Shown one piece after another: positions 10,281 to 20,600 of a stretch of DNA of 32,000 bases (its first letter is position 1; each line of letters starts with the position of its first letter). Position numbers and translations under genes: made by a program. Origin of the DNA: Schaalia odontolytica (GTDB lineage: Bacteria > Actinomycetota > Actinomycetes > Actinomycetales > Actinomycetaceae). Under the pieces are notes generated by a model that was given only the letters and a program-made list of their open reading frames with translations, searched no databases and was not told where the DNA came from. The stretch covers positions 360,001 through 392,000 of the forward strand of contig NZ_CP040006.1 of assembly GCF_005696695.1 (NCBI RefSeq). The letters are read 5' to 3'.

Positions 10281-10760
10281 ATGAAACCCCTGTCGATCAC
10301 CTGGGTGACGCTGGTCGGCTTCGTCTGTGCCCTTCTCAGCTTCCTCGGCTTCTTCGCGCACATGCGCGCGGGAGGCACCCCCATGATCGTCACGCCCGGC
10401 CCGGCCGTCGTCTTCGCGGTCGCGACCGCGCTCCTCATCTGGTCCGGCCTGGCCGTGCGCCGCCTGCGCGCGAACAAAGACACGTGGATTGACGCGATTG
10501 GCGCGATGCGCGTCGCCGTGTTCGCCAGGGCCAGCGCGATCGTCGGAAGTGTACTGGCCGGCGTCCTCATCGGCGTCATGATCGTGTCCCTCACGCAGCT
10601 CGAAGCCTCGGCGATGGTCGCCAACGCGGTCGCGTCAGGCCTGAGCGGCCTGGTCGGCCTCGTCTGGATTATCGTCGCTCTCGTCGTGGAACGCTGGTGC
10701 GTCATCAACCCGGACGACGACGGATCATCGAGCTCGCACAAGCGCAGCGCCGCCGCCTAA
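10281..10760 (+). CDS. Small integral membrane protein (DUF3180-like, conserved downstream of folK in actinobacteria)
   Basis: ATG directly abuts the folK stop. The 159-aa product has about 4 hydrophobic helices. Synteny matches the DUF3180 gene that follows folK in mycobacteria and corynebacteria (from memory). Confidence 0.7.
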   Translation: MKPLSITWVTLVGFVCALLSFLGFFAHMRAGGTPMIVTPGPAVVFAVATALLIWSGLAVRRLRANKDTWIDAIGAMRVAVFARASAIVGSVLAGVLIGVMIVSLTQLEASAMVANAVASGLSGLVGLVWIIVALVVERWCVINPDDDGSSSSHKRSAAA

Positions 10761-10851
10761 ACAACGCGTGTGGGAGTCCTCTCGCGCGCGAAAGTGAGCC
10801 TGCCCCGAGCGTTAGTCGCGCCCCGATGGCGCGGGCCGGTATCGTGGATGC

Positions 10852-11772
10852 GTGGCTGACCAGCGTAAGAATTCCCCCAGGCGACCCTCGTCCCGTCGCT
10901 CCGCGTCCGCATCCGGACGCGCCGGCGACCGCGCCTCCCGAGCCGCAACGGGCGGTCGGGGAGCCTCGACGCGCGCGGCGTCTTCCGCCGGCGCCTCGAC
11001 GGCTAAGCGGGGGAGCGGGGCAGGAGTGCGTCGGCCCAAGAAGGCCTCATCGGGTGGCGGTCGTCCGCCCGTGAATCTGTGGCCCCGACGCATCATCACC
11101 GGCCTGGGCCTGCTCCTCATCATCGCGCTCATCGTGTGGGGCATCGTCGCCGCCGTGCGCGCCATCGCGGGAGCCTTCAGCGCCGATCCTGCGCCCCAGT
11201 CGACCCCGCAGTCCGTCGTCCAGTCCGGGGCCCTCGATGCCTCCGGCTACACGCTCAAGGGCGGCCAGGAGGCCACCGCCGATGGCCTGCTCACCGACGG
11301 CACCGCGATCGACATTCCCGCCTGCCTGGACCGCGACATCACGGCCACCGCGAAGGCGAGCCCCGTGGCCTCCGGCTCGGCAATGCCCGTGACGCTCACG
11401 CTGGAAAACCGCGGCTCGGTCGCCTGCTCGACGTCGCTGACGCGCTTCAACCTGGCGGTGACGACCGGCGACCACCAGGTCTACGACTCCTCGCGATGCG
11501 CCGACAGCCAGCAGTCATCCACGACGCTACTGCTGCGCCCGGGCGGCACCTGGTCCGGCGCGCTGCGCTGGGACGGATACGTGTACACGAACGGCTGTAC
11601 GGCTCCGGCGGGCGGGGCGAGTGCGGCCGCGGCCGGCACCTACAAGGTGGCCGTCACGATGGGCACGCGCGAAGTCGGCTCAACCGTCGTCGACGTGACG
11701 CCGGCGCCCACCCCCGCGCCCCAGTCGGGAGCACAGTCGGGCGCCCAGTCCGGCGCACAGTCGGGCCGCTAA
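10852..11772 (+). CDS. Membrane-anchored hypothetical protein with a basic N-tail, one TM segment and a Cys-containing extracytoplasmic beta-rich domain
   Basis: GTG 10852. The N-terminus is Arg/Ser-rich and the TM segment is IITGLGLLLIIALIVWGIVAAV. The domain has paired Cys residues (PACLDRD...SVACSTS...SSRCADS...TNGCTA). The C-terminal repeat is QSGA x3 plus QSGR. TATCGT at 10840-10845 lies 6 nt upstream of the GTG, which would fit a leaderless transcript (speculative). Confidence 0.6.
   Translation: MADQRKNSPRRPSSRRSASASGRAGDRASRAATGGRGASTRAASSAGASTAKRGSGAGVRRPKKASSGGGRPPVNLWPRRIITGLGLLLIIALIVWGIVAAVRAIAGAFSADPAPQSTPQSVVQSGALDASGYTLKGGQEATADGLLTDGTAIDIPACLDRDITATAKASPVASGSAMPVTLTLENRGSVACSTSLTRFNLAVTTGDHQVYDSSRCADSQQSSTTLLLRPGGTWSGALRWDGYVYTNGCTAPAGGASAAAAGTYKVAVTMGTREVGSTVVDVTPAPTPAPQSGAQSGAQSGAQSGR
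11722..11769 (+). repeat. Four tandem copies of a 12-nt unit (CAGTCGGGNGCN) encoding QSGA/QSGR at the C-terminus
   Basis: cagtcgggagca / cagtcgggcgcc / cagtccggcgca / cagtcgggccgc, read directly from the sequence immediately before the TAA at 11770. Confidence 0.85.
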
Positions 11773-11793
11773 AGGCTAGGAGCCGGCGAGCGG

Positions 11794-12864
11794 CTACCAG
11801 CCGACGATTCCGGCGCTCACGGCCTGGGCCTGGTGAGCCAGGTTCTCCGTGATGAGTTTCGCCCGGTAGGGGCCGATTCCCTCGAGCTCCTCAAGGTCCG
11901 AGATGGTGGCCGCGCGCAGCTGCGGCAGCGAGTTGAAGTGTGCGGACACGACCTTGATGGCGCTCCATGACAGGTGGGGCACCAGGGACAGGGCGCGCAC
12001 GCCGCGCGGCGTGATCTCGCGATCCAGGTCCGCGACCTCGTACACATCCAGGCCCAGGATGTTCGAAATCGCGGTGAGATCCACGATGCGCTCGGAGCCG
12101 AGCGAGGACAGCTCAGCCTCGACGCGTGCCAGGTCGTCCGGATTCGCGATGTAGTCGCGCATGACGAGGGCGCGCTCGGACGCGGAGCCGCGCACGAGGT
12201 CCTCGACCTGCAGGGCCAGCAGGCGGCCCTCCGAGCCCAGCTCCTCGAGGTACTCCGTGATCTCGGAGGTGATGCGCCGGATCATTTCCATGCGCTGCAT
12301 GACGGTGGCAACGTCGCGCACGGTCGCGCTGTCGCGCATTTCCAGGATCGTGAGGGTCTGCAGGACCTCGTCGAGGCGCTGGCTGTAGCGGTCGAGCGTG
12401 TCAACCGCCAGGTTCGCGCGTGAGAGCAGAGCCTCGGGCTCCTCCACCAAGCGATGCTCGGAGCCCACGTAGATGGAGATCATGCGCATGGACGCGGACA
12501 GCGACAGGATCGGCAGGTGGGTCTGGCGGGCGGTGCGCTGCGCGGTGCGGTGACGCATGCCGGATTCGTCCGTGGGGATCGTCGGGTCCGGGAAGAGCTG
12601 CACGTTCGCCTTGCGGATGCGCCACTGGTCGGGATCGATGATGACGGCGCCGTCCATCTTGCACAGCTCGCGCAGGCGCGCGGCCGTGAAGGCGACGTCG
12701 AGGTCGAAGCCGCCCGAGCATATGGCCTGCACTTCCGGGGTGTACCCCAGGACGATGAGAGCACCCGTGTGGGAGCGCTGGATTCGTTCCAGTCCCTCTC
12801 GCAGAGGCGTGCCGGGCGCGACTGCGCGCAGTGCGTCACGAAGGATCGCTGCATCGGACGTCAA
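11794..12864 (-). CDS. disA: DNA integrity scanning protein DisA (diadenylate cyclase)
   Basis: 356-aa product begins MTSDAAILRDALRAVAPGTPLREGLERIQRSHTGALIVLG. It has a DAC domain (DGAVIID...RHRTA) and a C-terminal HhH region (LEELEGIGPYRAKLI). TTG start at 12864 follows GGGAGGGA. It sits downstream of radA as in most actinobacteria. Confidence 0.93.
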   Translation of the reverse strand: MTSDAAILRDALRAVAPGTPLREGLERIQRSHTGALIVLGYTPEVQAICSGGFDLDVAFTAARLRELCKMDGAVIIDPDQWRIRKANVQLFPDPTIPTDESGMRHRTAQRTARQTHLPILSLSASMRMISIYVGSEHRLVEEPEALLSRANLAVDTLDRYSQRLDEVLQTLTILEMRDSATVRDVATVMQRMEMIRRITSEITEYLEELGSEGRLLALQVEDLVRGSASERALVMRDYIANPDDLARVEAELSSLGSERIVDLTAISNILGLDVYEVADLDREITPRGVRALSLVPHLSWSAIKVVSAHFNSLPQLRAATISDLEELEGIGPYRAKLITENLAHQAQAVSAGIVGW

Positions 12865-12900
12865 TGTGATTCCCTCCCAGAACAGTCGGTGTGATTCCTA

Positions 12901-14286
12901 TTATTGCGAGTCCGCGGGGAAAGCGACACGAATAGCCGTCGCCAGATCCGACACAGTAAACACGGTGATGCCGTCGACTCCCGACAGGTCTTCGCTGCCC
13001 TGAGCGGGCACGATCGCGCTAGAGAAGCCGAGGCGTGCGGCCTCGGCGAGGCGGCGCTGGGTGCCCGTGCAGGCGCGCACCTCGCCCGTCAGCGAGATCT
13101 CTCCGACCGCGACGAGGTCGGGGCGCGGGGGAGTGCCCTTGAGGGAGGACACGATGGAGATGGCCATCGCCAGGTCGATCGCGGGTTCGACCGTGCGTGC
13201 TCCGCCGACCGTGGAGACGTAGACGTCCGCCCCCGACGTGTCCGCGCCGATGCGGGCCTGCAGGACCGCGAGGATCATGGCGACGCGCGCGTGGTCCACG
13301 CCCGAGGTCGTGCGCCGGGGCGAGCCGCCCGACGAGGGGGCGACGAGGGACTGGATCTCCGTGGGCAGCGGGCGGCGCCCCTCCAGAGAAACGGCTGCGC
13401 ATGTGCCGGGCACGCCGCGCGTCGTGCGCGACAGGAACAGGCCGGACGGATCGGCGAGGCCGTAGATGCCCGAGTCCGTCAGCTCGAAGCAGCCGACCTC
13501 GTCGGTGGGGCCGTAGCGGTTTTTCACCGCGCGCAGCAGGCGCAGGCGCGAATGACGGTCGCCCTCGAACTGGCAGACGACGTCCACGAGGTGTTCGAGG
13601 ACGCGCGGACCGGCGATGCCGCCGTCCTTGGTCACGTGGCCGACGAGCAGGGTGGGAAGGTCGGACTCCTTGGCGACCCGGATCAGCGAGGCCGCGACCG
13701 CGCGCACCTGCGCGACGCCGCCCGCCCCGCCCTCGACCTGGGCGGAGGAGATGGTCTGCACGGAGTCGACGATGAGCAGGGAGGGGTGCGAGGCCTCGAC
13801 GTGCCCGAGGACGACGCCGAGCTCCGTCTCATCCGCGATCAGGAGGTTCGGTTCGAGCGCGCCGATGCGTTCCGCGCGCCCGCGCACCTGGGCCGCCGAC
13901 TCCTCGCCCGTCACGTAGAGGACGGGGCCGCGCCCGCCCGCCGCCGCCGTGCGCGCGGCCTTCGCGGCCACGTCCAGCAGCAACGTCGACTTACCCACGC
14001 CGGGTTCGCCCGCCAGGAGGATCACCGCTCCGGGCACGATGCCGCCGCCGAGGACCCGGTCCAGCTCGCCCACGCCCGTCGAGCGCGACGAGGCCCGCTC
14101 GCCGTCCACCTCGCCGATCGGCAGGGCGGGGCGACGCGGGGGAGTCGTGGCCGCGCGCGGCCCGCCCGAGGCTTCGCCGGCCTGGTCGACGGTGCCCCAC
14201 GCTCCGCACTCGCGGCACTGGCCCACCCACTTGGGGGAGGTCCACCCGCACTCGGAGCAGCGGTAGGTGATCTTCTCTTTCGCCAT
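12901..14286 (-). CDS. radA: DNA repair protein RadA/Sms
   Basis: MAKEKITYRCSECGWTSPKWVGQCRECGAWGT is the zinc finger. Walker A is LAGEPGVGKSTLL, followed by the KNRYGPTDEVG motif and a Lon-like C-domain. ATG at 14286. The 101-codon upstream extension in the ORF track was rejected. Confidence 0.95.
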   Translation of the reverse strand: MAKEKITYRCSECGWTSPKWVGQCRECGAWGTVDQAGEASGGPRAATTPPRRPALPIGEVDGERASSRSTGVGELDRVLGGGIVPGAVILLAGEPGVGKSTLLLDVAAKAARTAAAGGRGPVLYVTGEESAAQVRGRAERIGALEPNLLIADETELGVVLGHVEASHPSLLIVDSVQTISSAQVEGGAGGVAQVRAVAASLIRVAKESDLPTLLVGHVTKDGGIAGPRVLEHLVDVVCQFEGDRHSRLRLLRAVKNRYGPTDEVGCFELTDSGIYGLADPSGLFLSRTTRGVPGTCAAVSLEGRRPLPTEIQSLVAPSSGGSPRRTTSGVDHARVAMILAVLQARIGADTSGADVYVSTVGGARTVEPAIDLAMAISIVSSLKGTPPRPDLVAVGEISLTGEVRACTGTQRRLAEAARLGFSSAIVPAQGSEDLSGVDGITVFTVSDLATAIRVAFPADSQ

Positions 14287-14465
14287 GCACTCACCGTAAC
14301 CCGGCCCGCCCTCATCTGCGGTTCCCGCGCGCGGGTGGGTACCGTGACCCCGGCATCGGGAGAGCGGACCCGAGACCCGCCCCGGCCTCGTCGACGAGGT
14401 GCGATAGCCTAAATGCGCGACTGTGGTCAGGTTCTCGCGCGTGCGGAATGGCCATACAACGCCGC

Positions 14466-14481
14466 ACGAACCCCCGTTCGA
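14466..14481. promoter_or_regulatory. LexA (SOS) box-like palindrome ACGAAC-CCCC-GTTCGA
   Basis: The core CGAAC-N4-GTTCG matches perfectly the Gram-positive/actinobacterial LexA operator consensus TCGAAC-N4-GTTCGA, with one flank mismatch. It lies in the 344-bp divergent region, 180 nt from the radA ATG and 150 nt from the giant-gene ATG. Confidence 0.55.
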
Positions 14482-14630
14482 CAGGTTGCAGATTCCTCGG
14501 TACCTGTTGTTGTCTGCGGGGTTTATCCATAGGGTTGGTCGGTGTGTATCCTTGGGATGGTTGCCCATACCCTCCGCGGATACAGACAACGCCCCACACC
14601 AGTGCGCACATTGAGACTGAGGAAAGCCAC

Positions 14631-17600
14631 ATGAACAAGGCGCGTCGATCGCGAAACACCTGGTCGAAGCGGATACCCGCGCTCGCCGTCCTATTGGTGT
14701 CCGCGATGCTGTGCGTACTCGCGGTCGTGTATCGAGGCGTCGAGGTCACCCAGGTGAGCGTCGACGACGGCGGCATTTGGGTGACGAACCAGGACCGCAA
14801 GCTCCTCGGACACCTCAACTATGACGCCCTTATGCTGGACGGCACGGTCTCGGTGAAGTCCGCGTCCTTCGACATCGGTCAGGAGGGCGGCGACGTGACC
14901 CTGGGTGAGACCGTGAGTCGCACGGTCACCCCGGTGCGTCCGACCTCCTTCTCCCTCGGCCAGTCCGTCACCCTGCCCGACAATGCGGTCCAGGTCCAGG
15001 GCGGCTCGGTCCTGGCGGTCCTCGACCCCAACGAAGGCCTCCTGTGGGTCGGCAGCGCGAACGAGCCCGCCACCATGTCGCTCCTGCGCGAGGATGCGGT
15101 CGCCAACGACCTGAGTGACGGCATCGTGACGGTGTCGAACTCGGGCACGGTCTTCGCGTACTCTCCCGGCTCCTCCAAGCTCGTGACGCTGACGCGCGAG
15201 GGTCAAGCGTGGCGCGCCAAGACCACGGAGATCAAAGACTTTACGCCCGCCGGGACCCCGACGATTACCGCGGTCGGCGACAAGCCGGTCGTCTACGACC
15301 AGACCGGCAACAAGCTCGTCCTGCCCGGCGGCAAGGTCCGCGACCTGTCCGAGGAGCACGTGAGCGGCGCCGTCCTGCAGATCCCTGGCGACGAGGCCGC
15401 CTCGGTCCTCCTCGCGACCGGCGACCAGCTGGTGTCCGTGCCCCTGAACGGCAAGGCGATCGAGCGTCAGGAGGCCTCGGAGAGCGGCCAGAAGGGCACC
15501 CCCGCGGCCCCTGTCTTCCACCGTGGATGCTCCTACGGCGCGTGGGCGGGCTCGGGCGCGTTCGTGCGCACCTGCACGGACTCCTCGCGCAACCAGGCGC
15601 AGACGGTCCCGAGCCTGGCCGAGGCCTCCTCCGCCGTGTTCCGCACGAACCGCACGCGTATCGTCCTCAACGACGTTTCGACGGGCACGCTGTGGCTGCC
15701 CGACAAGAACATGGTCGTGGTCAGCAACTGGGACCAGACCCCCACCGAGGAGCAGGAGGAAGAGGACACTCCGACCCCCGACCAGCGTGAGCAGGTCTCC
15801 GAGCCGGAGCACAAGGACAAGAACACGCCGCCCGAGGCCGTGGATGACGAGTTCGGCATCCGCCCGGGCCGCTCGACGCTGCTGCCCGTCCTCGACAACG
15901 ACTCCGACGACGACGGCGACGTGCTGACGGCGCGCGCGGTCACCAACCCCGAGTTCGGCTCGATCGTGCGCACGAGGGGCGGCCGCGCCCTGCAGATCAC
16001 GGATGTCCCCGAGAACATGACGAGCGGATCGACGTCCTTCACGTACGAGGCCTCGGACGGCCTCGCGGGCGCGACGGCGAACGTGACGCTGACGATCCAC
16101 CCGTGGAGCCAGAACGAGGGCCCGCGCCAGCTCAAGCACCCGGTCATCAAGGTAGGTGCGAACGCGCAGGTCGAATACAACCTCCTGTCGGACTGGATCG
16201 ACCCGGACGGCGACCAGTTCTACCTGGTGTCGGCGACGGCCCCCGAGGGCATGGCCGTGCAGTTCTCCGAGGACGGCACGGTCCAGATCCAGGACTTGGG
16301 CTCGGGCGCTGGCGTCAAGGCGATCGCCGTGACCCTGTCGGACGGCCACGCCGAGACCACGGGCGAGCTGAAGGTGAGCGTCCAGGAGGCGGGCAATGTG
16401 CCGCCGGTGGCGCGCGCCGACTTCTACGTGGCGCGCGTGGCTGAGCCGCTGACGATCGACCCGATCGCCAACGACACGGATCCCAACGGCGACCCCCTGT
16501 CCCTCGTGGCGGCTGGCACACCCCCGGCCGGTACGTCGGTGAGTGCCGATCTGTCGCGCGGCACGCTGACGTTCACGGGCTCGGTGCCGGGATCCTTCCA
16601 GTTCACCTACACGGTCTCCGACGGCCCGTCGACGACCGTGGGTGTTATCCGCGTGGACGTGGTCGACGACGACACGAATGCTCTTCCGATCGCCGAGGAC
16701 GACCTGGCGGTCCTGCCCAGCGGCGGTGCCTCGCTGATCGCGCCGCTGGCCAACGACACGGATCCGTCCGGCGGAGTGCTTGTCGTTCAGTCGATCGACG
16801 TGCCCGCGAACTCGGGCCTCGAGGTCACGCTCATCGAGCGCCACCTGCTGCGCATCACGTCGCCGGGCGGCCTCACCGACGTGACGACCTTTACCTACAC
16901 GGTCTCCAACGGCGCGGGTTCCGCGACCGCCCAGGTGAGCGTCATCCCGACGAACGCACAGAGCGAGGAGACTCCGCCCCAGGTCACGGCCGACACCGCG
17001 AAGGTGCGCGCCGACGACATCGGCTCGGTGAGCGTCCTGTCGAACGACCGCTCGCCGATCGGCCTGTCGCTGAGCCTGGACCCGGAGGTGGAGGTCCTGT
17101 CGGGCGCCGAGCTGGGCACGGTCTTCGTGACCGGTAACCAGGTGCGTCTGGCCGCCGGCTCCGAGGCCGGCGTGGTGCGCGTGGCGTATACGGCCATCGA
17201 CTCGGTGGGTAACCGCGCGACGACTACCGTCACGTTCGAGATCATCGCTTCCTCCGCGGCCAACAGCGCGCCCGTGCCCAAGGCGCTGAGCGCGTGGGCC
17301 GTGCAGGGCCAGATGACGCGCATCCCCGTGCCGCTGACCGGCATCGACCCCGACGGCGACTCGGTCGCCCTGGTGGGCATCGACCAGCCGCCGGCCAAGG
17401 GCAGCGTCGTGCTGGGCACGGAGTGGCTGGAATACACGCCCTCCGACGATGCGACCGGCACGGACACCTTCTCCTACATCGTCGAGGACCGCCTCGGCGT
17501 GCAGGGACGCGCCCGCGTGCGCGTCGGCATCGCCCCTCCGGGCTCGCAGAACCACAACCCGACGGCCGTTCCCGACTCGGTGACGGTGCGTCCGGGGCGC

Positions 17601-20600
17601 GAGGTGAGCATCAACGTCCTGAGCAACGACCTGGACGCGGACGGCGACGCCCTGTACGTGGACACGGATCCGCAGACCGTGTCCGTGTCGGATCCGGCCG
17701 CGACCGTGACGATGGCCGAGGACCTGGTGACGGTGAAGGCGCCCGCCACGAACGGCGTGTTCGTCGTGGCCTACCAGATCGAGGACGGCCGAGGCGGTCG
17801 CGCCCAGGGTCAGCTGACCGTGACGGTGGACGCGGATGCGCCGCTGCGCGCGCCGATCGCCCGCGACGACGTCGTGCCGGTCTCCGACCTGCCCTCGGAC
17901 TCCAAGCCTGTCAGCGTTGCCGTCCTCGTCAACGACGAGGACCCGGACGGCACCACGGCTGCGCTGACGGTGTCCTCGGACGCCTCGGGCGTGAGCGTGT
18001 CGGGGCAGAACCTGTCCATTTCCCCGGACGCGCGCCGTCGCCTCGTCGTGTACACGGTGACGGACCCCGACGGCCTGAGCGCGAGCGCGGTCGTGACTGT
18101 TCCGGGTACCGACCTGCTGGCTCCGCGTCTGGACACGACGCGCGTCCCGGTGGCGATGCGCGCGGGCTCCACGCTGACCCTCGATATGCGCGACTACGTG
18201 CTGGTGCGCGACAACTCGCGCTCCCCGATCATCACCGACGCGTCGTCGGTGAAGTTCAGCGGCGGCCTGGATTCGGCCTCGCTTCAGGACTCCACGCACA
18301 TCACGCTGAGCGCGCCCGACACTGCCTCGGGCAAGGCCTCGGTCTCCTTCACGGTGCGTGACGGTGCCTCGGACGACGCCTCGGCCCTGACATCGACCCT
18401 GACGATCCCGATCACGATCCAGCCGGCCAGGAACCTGCCGCCGCGCCTGACCCCGACCCCGATCCTCGTGGGCCAGGGTGAGAGCGTGACGGTCGACCTC
18501 ACGCAGATGGTGGACGACCCGGACGACCAGGCGAAGGGCTCCTTCGAGTACCGCGTGGTGAAGGCCCCCGGCGGCGTGGACGTCTCCCTGGACGGCTACA
18601 ACCTGACCGTGTCCGGCAAGAAGGACCAGCCCAAGGGCCCGGTCGGCGCGATTACCGTCAGCGTCGACGACGGCTCGGGCGCGGTCAACGCCGACATTCC
18701 GGTCACGATCGTGAAGTCCTCCAAGCCCCTCGTGACGACCACGGAGGCCCGCATCAAGGCGAAGGCCGGCCAGACGGTGGACGTGAACCTGTCGGAGTAC
18801 ACGACGAATCCGTTCCCGGAGCCGCTCGTGGTCCTGGATGCGTCGGTGCACGTGGGCCAGGGAACCGCCTCGGGCAACGGCAACGTCCTGTCGGTGACCC
18901 CCAAGGCGGGCTTCCACGGCGACATGATCGTTGTTTATCGCGTCATGGACGCGACGAACGACCCCGATCGTGTGGTCCAGGGCCGCGTCGTTGTCAAGGT
19001 TTTGGATCGCCCTGAACCGCCGCAAAACGTGAAGGCGACGGCGATGGGGTCGCAGACCGCCTTCGTGCAGTTCGATGAGCCTGCCTCGAACGGTGGCACG
19101 ATTTCTGGCTACACGGTGACGGACCTGTTGGACGGGCGTACCTACAACACCACTAAGCCGGGCACGCAGATCAAGGGCCTGACGAATGGTGCGAAGCACC
19201 GCTTCACGGTCGTCGCGACGAACGAGGCCGGTGACTCCGATCCGTCGGCACCGTCCGCCGAGGTGAATGTCGATGTCGAGCCCGATCAGATGGCGGCACC
19301 TACGGTCGTGGGTTCGGATGGGGCCCTGGATGTCACGTGGGCGGAGCCGCACAACGAGGGCTCTAAGATCCAAACGTACACGGTGTTCCTGTATCCGGAA
19401 TCGGGCGGCCAGCCGATCCCGTACACGGCCGCTGGCACAGATAGGAAAATGACTATCTCTGGGTTGAAGAACGGTGCCCTCTACTCGGTGAGAATCCAGG
19501 CCCAGAACGACGCGGACAAACCGTCGCTGCTGTCGGAGGCCACAGGCGCGCACCCGCATGGCGCACCGGACCAGCCGACTGACGTGAGGGCGGTGGCCGT
19601 GACAGCGGATAAGGATCCGAACCTAGCGACGGTCGAGGTCTCGTGGACGCCGGGCCGTTCCGGCGGAACTGATTTCGGTTCTACCCATGTCATGGTGGGC
19701 GATAAGCCGGTGACGGCTCCGGCTGGTGCCAGGAGCGTCCAGGTGCCACTTGTGCCGACCGGTCGTGACAAGCAGGTGTCGGTGGAGCTGACGAACACCG
19801 ACGGTGACACGTCGGCGAAGGGGTACACGACGGTGTCCATCGCAACCACTCCCGCGCCGATTGCGGACCCGACCCTCTCGGGCACCGGGAAGGCCGGTCA
19901 GCTGAAGGTCACTGGGTTGTCGGTGGTGACGGGCCGAGGTTTCGAGGCGTCGGATCTGACCTTGCGCTACTCGGCGGACCCCAATTCATGTGCGAGTGGA
20001 CAACGGGTCGACGATGGCGACATCCTGCCCGCCAACGGCTGGGAGTCGAAGACGTACTACTTCTGCCAGACGGGCATCGGCGTGAACAACCAGCCGGCGG
20101 CCTCACCGGTCGCGTCCGCCACGGGCACAGCGACGGGCCGCCCCTCGGATGTGGGCGTGCGGTTCACAGGTGTCAACTCGACGAGCCTGACGGTTCAGTG
20201 GGATCCGGTGGGCGCGAACCCGGCGGTTACCGAGGTCCGCGTGTCGCTGAATAACGGCGCGACGCAGACTGTGCGTGGCGGTGTCAACACGGCGACCTTC
20301 TCGGATCTGGCCCAGGGCACCCGCTACCAGGCCACGGTCGTTGCGGTCAACGGTCTGGGCGAGACGGTGATGAGTGAGCAGCCGACGGAGACCACGAAGC
20401 TGGACGTGAACCTGACGTGGACGGAGGCTTGCCAGGGAGGCGAGAAGTACGGGTCCCCGGGTGGATGCCACACCTTTACGTTCAGTGCTCCGGGGTGGGC
20501 CGACACGTCGCTTACTCACAAATGTACGATTAGTTCGGATCTGGACGGTTGGACTGAAGAGCTGACTATCACTGGTGCCGGTCCCACTCCGTCGAAGATC

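Noticed and set aside
8058-10361. Minus-strand ORFs of 460, 289, 241 and 233 aa, and alternative plus-frame ORFs across folB::folK
   Set aside because: They overlap the well-supported FolB/FolK frame. The translations are Arg/Pro/Gly-rich, which is frame-shifted GC-rich noise.
12904-14412. 502-aa plus-strand ORF
   Set aside because: It is antisense to radA and is Arg/Asp/Gly-rich noise.
14287-14589. 101-codon upstream extension of the radA ORF
   Set aside because: RadA homologs begin at the zinc-finger segment (MAKEKITYRCSECG). The extension runs into the divergent intergenic region and has no coding-like features.
14448-14630. 61-codon upstream extension of the giant ORF, and small ORFs 14423-14614 (+) and 14312-14818 (-)
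   Set aside because: ATG 14631 has a good RBS and is followed immediately by a basic n-region and TM anchor. The upstream sequence contains the SOS box and palindromes and looks regulatory rather than coding.
14691-19559. 1622-aa ORF on the minus strand
   Set aside because: It is entirely antisense to the giant cadherin/FN3 gene. The translation is Arg/Gly/His/Asp-rich with no recognisable motifs. This is a typical stop-poor antisense frame in high-GC DNA.
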